A program made the position numbers and the translations under genes. Below the pieces are notes generated by a model. The model was given only the letters and a program-made list of their open reading frames with translations. It was not told the origin of the DNA and searched no databases. Of a DNA stretch of 64,000 nucleotides, positions 27,150 to 38,984 are shown piece after piece; the first letter of the stretch is position 1; each line of letters opens with the position of its first letter. Origin of the DNA: Octopus sinensis (Eukaryota); contig NC_043026.1 in assembly GCF_006345805.1 (NCBI RefSeq), positions 13,929,579-13,993,578 of the forward strand, in the 5' to 3' direction.

Positions 27150-28255
27150 ATATATATATATATTACACACACACACACACACATATATATATACATACAT
27201 TATATATGTACATTTTTATATATATGTGTGTGTGTATATATGTATATGTGTGTGTACGTGTGTGTGGATCTGTCTATCTGTCTATCTATCTACATACATA
27301 CATACATACATACACACATACATACATACATACATGCACACACACATACATACATACATTATATATATATGTGTGTGTATATATGTATATGTGTGTGTAC
27401 GTGTGTGTGGATCTATCTATCTGTCTATCTACATACATACATACACACATACATACATACATACATACATACATACATACATACATACATACACATATAC
27501 ATTCATACATTATATATATATGTACATTTTTATATATATGTGTGTGTGTATATATGTATATGTGTGTGTACGTGTGTGTGTGGATCTATCTATCTGTCTA
27601 TCTATCTACATACATACACACACACACACATACATACATACACACATACATACATACATACATAAATAAAGTACCAGTTTTGCACTGGGGTCGATTTAAT
27701 CGACTTAATCCCTTTGTATGTCCTTGTTTGTCCCCTCTATGTTTAGCCCCTTGTGGGCAGTAAAGAAATACATACATACATACATACATACATACACACA
27801 TACATACATACATACATACACACACATATACATACATACATTATATATATGTACATTTTATATATATGTGTGTGTGGATCTATCTATCTGTCTATCTATC
27901 TACATACATACATACATACACACACATATACATACATACATTATATATATGTACATTTTATATATATGTGTGTATGGATCTGTCTATCTGTCTATCTATC
28001 TACATACATACATACATACATACATACATACATACACACACATATACATACATACATTATATATATGTACATTTTATATATATGTGTGTATGGATCTATC
28101 TATCTGTCTATCTATCTACATACATACATACATACATACACACACACATATACATACATACATTATATATATGTACATTTTATATATATGTGTGTGTGGA
28201 TCTGTCTATCTGTCTATCTATCTACATACATACATACATACACATACATATATAT
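27150..28255. repeat. Compound (TACA)/(TA)/(TG)/(TCTA) microsatellite with a higher-order period of about 100-125 bp
   Basis: Recurrent ggatctatctatctgtctatc block. Confidence 0.85.
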
Positions 28256-28358
28256 ATATAGGATACTGTCTTTATACTACATGCATATATTATGTATCTA
28301 GTTCCCGCTGTTGCCATGAGCCTCCTGTCTTTTAAGACAATCCACTTTCCCTTTCCTC

Positions 28359-28600
28359 CTATGCTTGTTTTGTGTCGGTGCAGTTCTTGTAACCGTTCCT
28401 TAAATAAGAAAGGTTTCTCTCAAAGCCATTTGCGAATGTCTTTAAAGCTATGAAGATGTCTCTGAATGTTGGCTCTATCTCACTGGCCGGAAGTATGAAA
28501 CCCCTGCTGTCTTTATCGGTGGGCCGCATTTCAATGGCATACGAGTATTTAACCCCGAGTTCTTTCTTGGCCCAATCCGTCGAACACCCGCTGGCTGCGT
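28359..28600 (-). CDS. M14A carboxypeptidase terminal exon (YAASGCSTDWAKKELGVKYSYAIEMR...GFILPASEI...KQA*; Y248, E270)
   Basis: 242 nt to TAG, with ASGxSxDW, ExR and GFxLPxxxI motifs. Confidence 0.95.
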
Positions 28601-28824
28601 CTGAAAAAGATGAACATGCAAAAATTACAATATTTACGGGCTAAAAAGTACTATTAGCAATTGCAGCGTGGAAGGTGTTTGTAAGCCATTTAAGAAACAC
28701 ACAAAAGCCGTTCGATTCACTTCAACATTTAACTCCTTAAATCCTTAAAAATGATTTAGCCCGAAGGTCGCGGCCATGCTGGGGCACCACCGCTGAAAAG
28801 AGCGTGTCAGACAACGCCAATACT

Positions 28825-29950
28825 CTTTTACTCTTTTACTTGTTTCAGTTAATTGACTGCGGCCATGCTGGAGCACCGCCTTCAGTCGAGCAAATCAACC
28901 CCGGGACTTATTCTTTGTAAGCCTAGTACTTATTCTATCAGTCTCTTTTTGCCGAACCGCTAAGTAACGGGGACGTAAACACACCAGCATCGGTGTCAAG
29001 CAATGCTAGGGGGACAAAGAAGACACCCAAACATATACACACACATACACACACATATATATATACATATATACGACGGGCTTCTTTCAGTTTCCGTCTA
29101 CCAAATCCACTCACAAGGCTTTGGTCGGCCCGAGGCTATAGTAGAAGACACTATGTGTTTGTGTGTCTGTGTTTGTCCCCCTAGCATTGCTTGACAACTG
29201 ATGCTGGTGTGTTTACGTCCCCGTAACTTAGCAGATCGGTAAAGAAGACCGATAGAATAAGTACTGGGCTTACAAAGAATAAGTTCCGGGGTCAATTTGC
29301 TCGACTAAAGGCGGTGCTCCAGCATGGCCGCAGTCAAATGACTGAAACGAGTAAAAGAGACTGATAGAATAAGTACTAGGCTTACAAAGAATAAGTCACG
29401 GGGTCGATTTGCTCGACTAAAGGCGGTGCTCCAGCATGGCCGCAGTCAAATGACTGAAACAAGTAAAAGAGAGTAAGAGAGTAAAGAGAAAGAGAGATGG
29501 AATCAGTACTGGGTTAAAACGAAATTAAGTACTCATTTCTTTACTACCCACAAGGGGCTAAACACAGAGGGGACAAACAAGGACAGACAAACGGATTTAG
29601 TCGCTTATATCAACACCAGTGTGTAACTGGTACTTATTTAATCGACCCCGAAAGGATAAAAGGCAAAGTCGACCTCGGCGGAATTTGAACTCAGAACGTA
29701 ACGGCAGACGAAATACCTATTTCTTTACTACCCACAAGGGGCTAAACACGGAGGGGACAAACAAGTACAGACATAGGTATTAAGTCGATTACATCGACCC
29801 CAGTGCGTAACTGGTACTTAATTTATCGACCCCGAAAGGATGAAAGGTAAAGTCTACCTCGGCGGAATTTGAACTCAGAACGTAACGGTAGACGGCATAC
29901 GGCTACGCATTTCGCCCAGCGTGCTAACGTTTCTGCCAGCTCGCCACCTT
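28825..29950. mobile_element. SINE A (-/+) cluster followed by tandem SINE B (-)
   Basis: Family matches. Confidence 0.85.
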
Positions 29951-30131
29951 AATTAATGAAATTAAGTACTGGAGTCGATTCGCTTGATTAGACTTCTTGA
30001 AGGTCGTGCCCCAGCATGGGCTGCACTTAATGACCGAGACAAATAGAAGATTAAGACTTATCACAAAGCACAAAAACAAAAACAAAAACAAAAACTAAAA
30101 CAAAAAAAAATCAAGTCTGAACTTAACCTAC

Positions 30132-30216
30132 ACAATGCACGGGCCCCTTCTCCCACTGTGTACTGCGCCCTGGTTGCGTTATATATGGCGCTTGTCACAT
30201 TCTCAGCAAGTTTGAC
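30132..30216 (-). CDS. M14A carboxypeptidase exon (VKLAENVTSAIYNATRAQYTVGEGARAL)
   Basis: 85 nt, tttttcAG acceptor and GTAGGT donor. Ends with T of the Y248 codon, which is completed by the last exon. Confidence 0.9.
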
Positions 30217-30279
30217 CTGAAAAACAAAATTGTATATGTTTTATTGATTTATTTTTTTTCTCTTTTTTTATTTACTTGT

Positions 30280-30475
30280 TTCAGTCATTTTGACTGCGGC
30301 CATGCTGGAGCACCACCTTTAATCGAGCAACTTGACCCCGGGACTTATTCTTTTGTAAGCCCAGTACTTATTCTATCGGTCTCTTTTGCCGAACCGCTAA
30401 GTAACGGGGACATAAACACACCAGCATCGGTTGTCAAGCAATGCTAGGGGGACAAACACAGACACACAAACACAC

Positions 30476-30526
<51 letters not shown>

Positions 30527-31260
30527 CATATACACGATGGGCTTCTTTCAGTTTCCATCGACCAAATCTCACTTCGGTTGGCCCGAAGCTATAGTAGAAG
30601 ACACTTGCCCAAGGTGCCACACAGTGGGGCTGAACACGGAACCATGTGGTTGGTTAGCAAGCTACTTACCACACAGCCACTCCTGTGCCTATTTATATAT
30701 TTCTTTTAAGTAAAATATATAAGCGCAGGGGTGGCTGTGTGGTAAGTAGCTTGCTAACCAACCACATGGTTCCGGGTTCAGTCCCACTGCGTGGCATCTT
30801 GGGCAAGTGTCTTCTGCTATAGCCCCGGGCCGACCAATGTCTTGTGAGTGGATTTGGTAGACGGAAACTGAAAGAAGCCTGTCGTATATATGTATATATA
30901 TATATATGTATGTATGTGTGTGTATATGTTTGTGTGTCTGTGTTTGTCCCCCTAGCACTGCTTGACAACCGATGCTGGTGTGTTTACGTCCCCATTACTT
31001 AGCGGTTCGGCAAAAGAGACCGATAGAATAAGTACTGGGCTTACAAAAGAATAAGTCCCGGGGTCGGTTTGCTCGACTAAAGGCAGTGCTCCAGCATGGC
31101 CGCAGTCAAATGACTGAAACAAGTAAAAGAGACCGATAGAATAAGTACTAGGCTTACAAAGAATAAGTCCTGGGGTCGATTTGCTCGACTAATGGCTGTG
31201 CTCCAGCATGGCCGCAGTCAAATGACTGAAACAAGTAAAAGAGTAAAAGAGTAAAGAGTA
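30280..31260. mobile_element. Head-to-head SINE A pair
   Basis: Minus copy 30280-30690 and plus copy 30723-31260. Confidence 0.9.
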
Positions 31261-31429
31261 TCATCATCATCCTTTAACGTTCGTTTACCATGCTGGCATG
31301 GCTCAGATGGTTCGACCAGAGCTGGCAAGCAGGAGAGCTGTACCAAGTTCATGTCTGATTTACAATTAGTATACTACAAGACGGGGACATGGCTGTGTGG
31401 TAAGAAGCTTGGTTCCCAACCCCCTAGTT

Positions 31430-32035
31430 CTAGGTTCAGTCCGAGATTAAAGTCTTCTGGTATAACCTCGGGGCAACCAAAACTTTGTGAGTGGATTTGT
31501 TAGATGGAAACTGAAAGAAGCCTGTCGTATAGTCATACATGTATATATATTAGGTTCAGTCCGAGATTAAAGTCTTCTGGTATAACCTCGGGGCAACCAA
31601 AACTTTGTGAGTGGATTTGTTAGATGGAAACTGAAAGAAGCCTGTCGTATAAGTCATACATGTATATATATTAGGTTCAGTCCGAGATTAAAGTCTTCTG
31701 GTATAACCTCGGGGCAACCAAAACTTTGTGAGTGGATTTGTTAGATGGAAACTGAAAGAAGCCTGTCGTATAAGTCATACATGTATATATATTAGGTTCA
31801 GTCCGAGATTAAAGTCTTCTGGTATAACCTCGGGGCAACCAAAACTTTGTGAGTGGATTTGTTAGATGGAAACTGAAAGAAGCCTGTCGTATAAGTCATA
31901 CATGTATATATATTAGGTTCAGTCCGAGATTAAAGTCTTCTGGTATAACCTCGGGGCAACCAAAACTTTGTGAGTAGATTTGTTAGATGGAAACTGAAAG
32001 AAGCCTGTCGTATAAGTCATACATGTATATATATA
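31430..32035 (+). repeat. Five tandem units of about 121 bp derived from a SINE A 5' segment
   Basis: Near-identical units starting ttaggttcagtccgag. Confidence 0.92.
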
Positions 32036-32130
32036 TATTAATTATTATTTGAGGGAATAAAATCCAAATTTACAAGGAAAAAAATTCAATTTAGCAATGC
32101 TAAATCAAATTTCACACAATATAATATATA

Positions 32131-32446
32131 TATAAAAAATTAGAAAAAACCCACCTTTTATCAATTCAAAATGAATAATTAAATTACACCATCTAGAAGA
32201 TTACATAAGTTAAAATTAAAATAACAATAAAATGTAAAGATTAAGTAAATTGCAAAAGTAATAATAAAAAAATAATAAAAACGTATATAATAGGTATATA
32301 TTATATACGTTTTTATTATTATTTTTGCAATTTACTTATTCTTTACATTTTATTGTTATTTTAATTTTAACTCTTCTATTATACGTAATTTTCTAGATGG
32401 TGTAATTTAATTATTCATTTTGAATTAATAAAAGGTGGGTTTTTTC

Positions 32447-32456
<10 letters not shown>
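32131..32456. repeat. AT-rich palindrome with arms of about 160 bp
   Basis: Symmetric about 32295. Confidence 0.8.
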
Positions 32457-32485
<29 letters not shown>

Positions 32486-32488
<3 letters not shown>

Positions 32489-32795
32489 TGTGATCACCGT
32501 GACTGACCAGGCTATCAGATGTTGCTACACATCGCTGGTCACAATACGCTTCGCATTGTTTTAGCCTTTAAATGATGCCACCCCACTGGCTAAGCGAGCA
32601 GGCCAACAGAAGAAAGAGTGAGAGAAAGTTGTGACGAATGAGTACAGCAGGGATCGCCACCATCCCCTGCCGGAGCCTCGTGGAGCTTTAGGTGTTTTCG
32701 CTCAATGAACACTCACAACGCCCGGTCTGGGAATCGAAACCACGATTCTACAACCGCGAGTCCGCTGCCCTAACCACTGGGCCATTGCACCTCCA
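32486..32795 (-). mobile_element. SINE C variant with a different 3' tail
   Basis: Shares its head with 7892-8277. Confidence 0.8.
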
Positions 32796-32800
32796 CATAT

Positions 32801-32921
<121 letters not shown>

Positions 32922-33188
32922 TGTCTTTGTGTCTGTGTTTCTACCCCTACCACTACTTGACAAACAGTGTTGGTGTGTTTACAGCTCTATGGCTTAGTAG
33001 TTCAACAAAAAAGATTGATAGAATGAGTACCAGGCGTATAAAAAAAAAAATATTAGCGTTAATTCATTCAACCCTAGTACTTCATGGTGGTGCCCCAGTA
33101 TGGCCACAGTCCAATGGCTGAAATAAGTAAAAGATAAAATATAAAAGATACAATGTAATACAGAGCTTAGAATGAAATATCAGCTTAC

Positions 33189-33385
33189 CAGTTCTGCATA
33201 ATCTTCTGGCTTTTTTTTCGTGTATGAATAAGGGCAAATAATCAGCTGTGCATAAGAATGCAGGGAAATGTAACTTATTAAAGGCCCTGAATCTTGTATG
33301 AGTGTTTTCAAGGATTGAGTCTCTGGCTCAGAAAACGGTGCCGTCCCACAGTAAACTTCTGAGCATGGATCGTCACTTGCATCAG
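33189..33385 (-). CDS. M14A carboxypeptidase exon (DASDDPCSEVYCGTAPFSEPET...SLHSYAQLIICPYSY...; Zn ligand H196)
   Basis: 197 nt, tacAG/GTAAG boundaries, PCSExYxG, FSEPET and HSY motifs. Phase 1 matches the preceding exon. Confidence 0.96.
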
Positions 33386-33392
33386 CTGTAAT

Positions 33393-34416
33393 GCATAAGA
33401 GGAGAGATATACAGAGATGATGGATTAAAAAAATATTTGCCTGCCATCCCATATTATCTTCCTTCAATCGATTGACTGAAAAGGAAAACTCTGAACCTAT
33501 ATGCTCCCACTCAATTTTCTAGAAATAGGAGAGATATACAGAGATGATGGATTAAAAAAATATTTGCCTGCCATCCCATATTATCTTCCTTCCATCGATT
33601 GACTGAAAAGGAAAGCTCTGAACCTATATGCTCCCACTCAATTTTCTAGAAATAGGAGATATATACAGAGATGAAGGATTAAGAAAATATTTGCCTGCCA
33701 TCCCATATTATCTTCCTTCCATCGATGACTGAAAAGGAAAACTCTGAACCTATATGCTCCCACTCAATTTCTAGAAATAGGAGAGATATACAGAGATAAT
33801 GGATTAAAAAAATATTTGCCTGCCACCCCATATTATCTTCCTTCCATCGATTGACTGAAAAGGAAAACTCTGAACCTATATGCTCCCACTCAATTTTCTA
33901 GAAATAGGAGATATATACAGAGATGATGGATTAAGAAAATATTTGCCTGCCACCCCTTATTATCTCCCTTCCATCGATTGACTGAAAAGGAAAACTCTGA
34001 ACCTATATGCTCCCACTCAATTTTCTAGAAATAGGAGAGATATACAGAGATGATGGATTAAAAAAATATTTGCCTGCCATCCCATATTATCTTCCTTCCA
34101 TCGATTGACTGAAAAGGAAAACTCTGAACCTATATGCTCCCACTCAATTTTCTAGAAATAGGAGATATATACAGAGATGAAGGATTAAAAAAATATTTGC
34201 CTGCCATCCCATATTATCTTCCTTCCATCGATTGACTGAAAAGGAAAACTCTGAACCTATATGCTCCCACTCAATTTTCTAGAAATAGGAGAGATATACA
34301 GAGATGATGGATTAAAAAAATATTTGCCTGCCACCCCATATTATCTTCCTTCCATCGATTGACTGAAAAGGAAAACTCTGAACCTATATGCTCCCACTCA
34401 ATTTTCTAGAAATAGC
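33393..34416. repeat. Eight tandem units of about 126 bp abutting a splice acceptor
   Basis: Unit aggagagatatacagagatgatggattaaaaaaatatttgcctgcc...ttctagaaat. Confidence 0.93.
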
Positions 34417-34699
34417 AGTAGCTGGTATCTTTTCTTTTATCTTTTGTCTTTCATTTGTTTCAGTCATTCGTCTGGCCATCTTGGGGCATTACCTTGAAAT
34501 TCTTAATTAAATGAACCAATCCCAGTACTTTTTTTAAAGCCTTATTACCTGTTATATTAGTATCTTTTGCCAAACCACTAAGTTATGGGGATGTAAACAA
34601 ACCAACACCAGTTGTCAAGTGGTGTCGATGAGGACAAACAGATAAAAGATACACTTATGTATGTGTGTGTATGTGTGTGTATACATACATATAACTATA

Positions 34700-36190
34700 T
34701 AAGATTTATACACAGAGAGAAGACCCTTGACAGGACTTTTTACATGCTAAAAAGAACAGTTAAATCCAAACCACAAAAAAGTAATTCTTAAGGCATGCTG
34801 TAATGGCACTAGAGTAAATAAAACAAAAAATTAGTTAATCCATACTCGAGTTTCTCTATTAATGACCAAATAAATTAATTTGTCATCCATTGTTCATCAG
34901 TGGAATTGCTAGAGAATGTATAATTATGTAGCTTTAATATGTACCGAAAACACATACGCAAGACAGCTCCATCTTTATACATTATGCTTCCAAATTTAGT
35001 GCGCTATCATAGTCAAATAGCCCAGCAGTAGATAAATCTAAATTGTGTACTATATGGCCTCTGAATTGGAAAATTTTACTGTGTAAATCATGAGTGTAAA
35101 AAAATTAAAATAATTTATTACCAGTGGTTTGCATGCGTAATAAAAGCCATAAGACATTACATTTATATGCGCAGGAGTGGCTGTGTGGTAAGTAGCTTGC
35201 TTACCAACCACATGGTTCCAGATTCAGTCCCACTGCGTGGCACCTTGGGCAAGTGTCTTCTACTATAGCCTCGGGCCGACCAAAGGCTTCTGAGTGGATT
35301 TGGTAGACAGAAACTGAAAGAAGCCTGTCGTATATATGTATATATATGTGTGTGTGCGTGTATGTTTGTGTGTCTGTGTTTGTCCCCCCTAGCATTGCTT
35401 GACAACCGATGCTGGTGTGTTTACGTCCCCCGTCGCTTAGCGGTTCGGCAAAGAGACCGATAGAATAAGTACTCGGCTTACAAAAGAATAAGTCCCGGGG
35501 TCGAGTTGCTCGACCAAAGGCGGTGCTCCAGCATGGCTGCAGTCAAATGACTGAAACAAGTAAAAGAGAAAAGAGAGAAAGAGATATAAAAGTGTAGAAA
35601 GATTTATACGCAGAGAGAAGACCCTTAACGGGAATTCATGCATGCTCAAAAGAGCAGTTAAACCCAAACCACAAGAAAATAATTCTTAAGGCACATTGTT
35701 AATGGCACTAGAGGGAATAAAGCAAAAGGGCCATGTAGTACACAGTTTAAATTTATTTACTGCTGGACTATTTGACTGCGCTAGCCCACTAAATTTGAAA
35801 CCATAATATATAAAGCTGGGGCTGTCTTGCACATGTGTTTTTGGTACGTATTAAAGATACATAATTATGCATTCTTTAGCGATCCCACTGATGAACTACA
35901 GATGACAAATTAATTTATTTGGCCATTGATAGAGAAACTTGAGTTTGGGATTAACTAATTTTTTGTTTTATTCACTCTAGTGCCATTACAGCATGCCTTA
36001 AGAATTATTTTTTCGTGGTTTGGGTTTAACTGCCCTTTTTAGCATGTAAGAAGTCCTGTCAAGGGTCTTCTCTCTGTGTATAAATCTTTATACACTCTTA
36101 TACATAAAAATATGTTATGTCTTATGACTTATTACGCATGCGAACCACTGGTAATAAATTATTTTAATTTTTTACCCTCATAATTTATAC
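34700..36190. repeat. Diverged long inverted repeat (arms of about 350 bp)
   Basis: 34700-35055 is the reverse complement of 35730-36088. Confidence 0.8.
35169..35570 (+). mobile_element. SINE A
   Basis: Full-length family match. Confidence 0.9.
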
Positions 36191-36708
36191 ACTTGCACTC
36201 TTCCTAAAGCACAAGGAGTATTTTACTCCTATTTCTAGCAAAGTAGGTGTCTCGGCACCTTTAGCCACATCTAGTGACTATTGAATTTTTCCTTTATGGC
36301 ATTATATTACATCCAACTGTTTATATTAATTTATATATGTGTGTATGTGTGTTTGCAATGTGTGCATGTGTGTGTTTGTATGTGTGCAATGTGTGTGTGT
36401 GTGTGTGTGTGCATGTGTGTGTGTTTGTATGTGTGTTTGTGTGTGTGCAATGTGTGTGTGTGTGTGTGCGTGTGTGTGTGTGTGTGTTTGTGTGTATCAG
36501 TCAATGACGAATATTACTACTTGACAACAAAACCTATAAGAAATAGCAACTAAATATTACTCATATCACACCTAATTATCTTTAAAGGATACCTTCATTA
36601 ATATAGCCCCAGGTACCTATTAGAAAGAGGGGATAGTCATCAGGGTTGATCTAGGACAATGCAGAACCACTATGCGAGTCTATATGGGGTTTATCCACCT
36701 GCTACATA

Positions 36709-37220
36709 TCTTTATATATAAATGTGAGGTTGTGTGCTGTCTGTCTCCTACGATTTAGATTCCTAACTACTCCCACATTTTGCGATGCAGTTTAACCAAA
36801 AGCAGGTATCTTATGGTCGTGATTCATATTGAGCCCTTCTGGCTATTAGCGCGCGTCTACGATGAGTCTACGATTTTAAAAATAATTTAACATCATTTTT
36901 TATTCCAATTTAATGCATAATTTTTCGTGTGTCGATGGCGGCGGAGTTGGCGTCCACGCTCACACCTGCACCTGTTTGCTTCTCCCCCTTCTTCCCTCCC
37001 TCGTGAAGCTGTGGGGAAAGGAGTTTAAGGAAATCAACGTTGTAAAGCGTTGTCAAGGAGACCAGCGTTCTTTTAGAACAACGACTTCATGGCTTGAAGA
37101 CACCAAAACAGAAATGGCTAAGAAAGCCCGAATTGGCATCTATAAGGGAAGTAACTCTGTAAAAATGCTTATATAGTTATTTCCCTTACAAATCCGAGCA
37201 ACGCCGGGCGATACTGCTAG
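36709..37220 (+). mobile_element. Non-autonomous Helitron
   Basis: A|TC start and CTAG|T end. Confidence 0.8.
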
Positions 37221-37302
37221 TGTATTATAAATAGAATACGAGTGATTGTAACAGTACATGTGATCTATGCATGACTCTACCATAATGCATCACTTTACTT
37301 AC

Positions 37303-37393
37303 CAGTTCCCCACTTTATGTCGAAGTTCCTGTTGAGGTCTACGCCAGTGCAATTTTTTGTAACAATGCGTCTACTCTTCCTCCAAAATCGGTA
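37303..37393 (-). CDS. M14A carboxypeptidase exon (YRFWRKSRRIVTKNCTGVDLNRNFDIKWGT; R127, N144, R145)
   Basis: 91 nt, AG/GTAAGT boundaries, WRKxR and GVDLNRNF motifs. Confidence 0.96.
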
Positions 37394-37499
37394 CTAGAAT
37401 ATACATACATTAAGAACTTATAAACTTTTAAGAACATATATAAAAATGAAGAATATATAACATGAAGAATGTTATTATTTATATATTTTCTTTTACAAT

Positions 37500-38345
37500 G
37501 TTTCAGTCATTTGACTGCGGCCATGCTGGAGCACCGCCTTTAGTCGAGCAAATCGACCCCGGGACTTATATTTTGTAAGCCCAGTACTTATTCTATCGGT
37601 CTCTTTTTGCTGAACCGCTAAGTTACGGGGATGTAAACACACCAGCATCGGTTGTCAAGCAATGCTAGGGGGACAAAAACAGACACGCAAACACACACAC
37701 ATACATATATATATATATACATATATACGACAGGCTTCTGTCTACCAAATCCACTCACAAGGCATTGGTTGGCCTGGGGTTATAGCAGAAGACACTTGCT
37801 CAAAATTTAAACAGATAGGCGCAGGAGTGGCTGTGTGGTAAGTAGCTTGCTAACCAACCACAAGGTTCCGGGTTCAGTCCCACTGCGTGGCATCTTGGGC
37901 AAGTGTCTTCTGCTATAGCCCCAGGCTGACCAATGCCTTGTGAGTGGATTTGGTAGACGGAAACTGAAAGAAGCCTGTCGTATATATGTATATATATTTA
38001 TGTATGTGTGTGTATATGTTTGTGTGTCTGTGTTTGTCCCCCTAGCATTGCTTGACAACCGATGCTGGTGTGTTTATGTCCCCGTTACTTAGCGGTTCGG
38101 CAAAACAGACTGATAGAATAAGTACTGGGCTTACAAAAGAATAAGTCCCGGGGTTGATTTGCTCGACTAAAGGCAGTGCTCCAGCATGGCCACAGTCAAA
38201 TGACTGAAGCAAGTAAAAGAGACCGATAGAGTAAGTACTGGGCTTACAAAAGAATAAGTCCCGGGGTTGATTTGCTCGACTAAAGGCAGTGCTCCAGCAT
38301 GGCCACAGTCAAATGACTGAAGCAAGTAAAAGAGTAAAAGAGTAA
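37500..38345. mobile_element. Head-to-head SINE A pair
   Basis: Minus copy 37500-37800 and plus copy 37817-38345. Confidence 0.9.
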
Positions 38346-38521
38346 AGAGAGAGGTGTAAAAGCACCTCATTATTCTCTTCAATCATAAAAAAGTCACACT
38401 GCGAAGGCTTAAAGAAAACCATAATATAAAAACTGTACGAGATGGTCCTGGCTGGAACACCTTCAGTTGGTCACTGGTATACTTGATTTGACCGACTCAG
38501 GGCTAGACAACTGTTATTTAC

Positions 38522-38632
38522 CTTGTGATGTGTAAAGTCATATCCATCGGGGTTGACCAGTGGGACAAACACCCAGTTGTATAAGTCTAGTAGTTTTGAC
38601 ATTTCTTCATCTTGGCTGCTGTTTTTGGCAAT
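38522..38632 (-). CDS. M14A carboxypeptidase exon (IAKNSSQDEEMSKLLDLYNWVFVPLVNPDGY...)
   Basis: 111 nt, AG/GT boundaries, PxxNPDGY motif. Confidence 0.95.
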
Positions 38633-38984
38633 CTGGAATGATCATAGTAACATGGATGATTAAGGCTTTAAGCAGGGTTTTATTGTTTTGTCAAAGAAGA
38701 AGGGTCAGAACTTATGAGTCATCATTTGTTTCAAATTCTTTGAGACAAGTCAACCCTTTAGCATTTAAACAGGCCCCTTTCAGGTCAAAATATTTTACTT
38801 CATCATCATCATCGTTTAATGTCCGCTTTCCTTGCTAGCAAGGGTTGGACGGTTCAACTGGGGTCTGGGAAGCCTTATGGCTGCACCAGGTCCAGTCTGA
38901 TCTGGCAGGGTTTCTACGGCTGGATGCCCTTCCTAATGCCAACCACTCCGCGAGTGTAGTGGGGGCATTTATTACGTGCCACCT

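Noticed and set aside
26864-28335. ORFs of 130-250 aa rich in YI/HT/CV (also at 15.4-16.0, 18.9-19.4 and 54.3-55.0 kb)
   Set aside because: They are translations of (TA)n, (CA)n and (TACA)n microsatellites.
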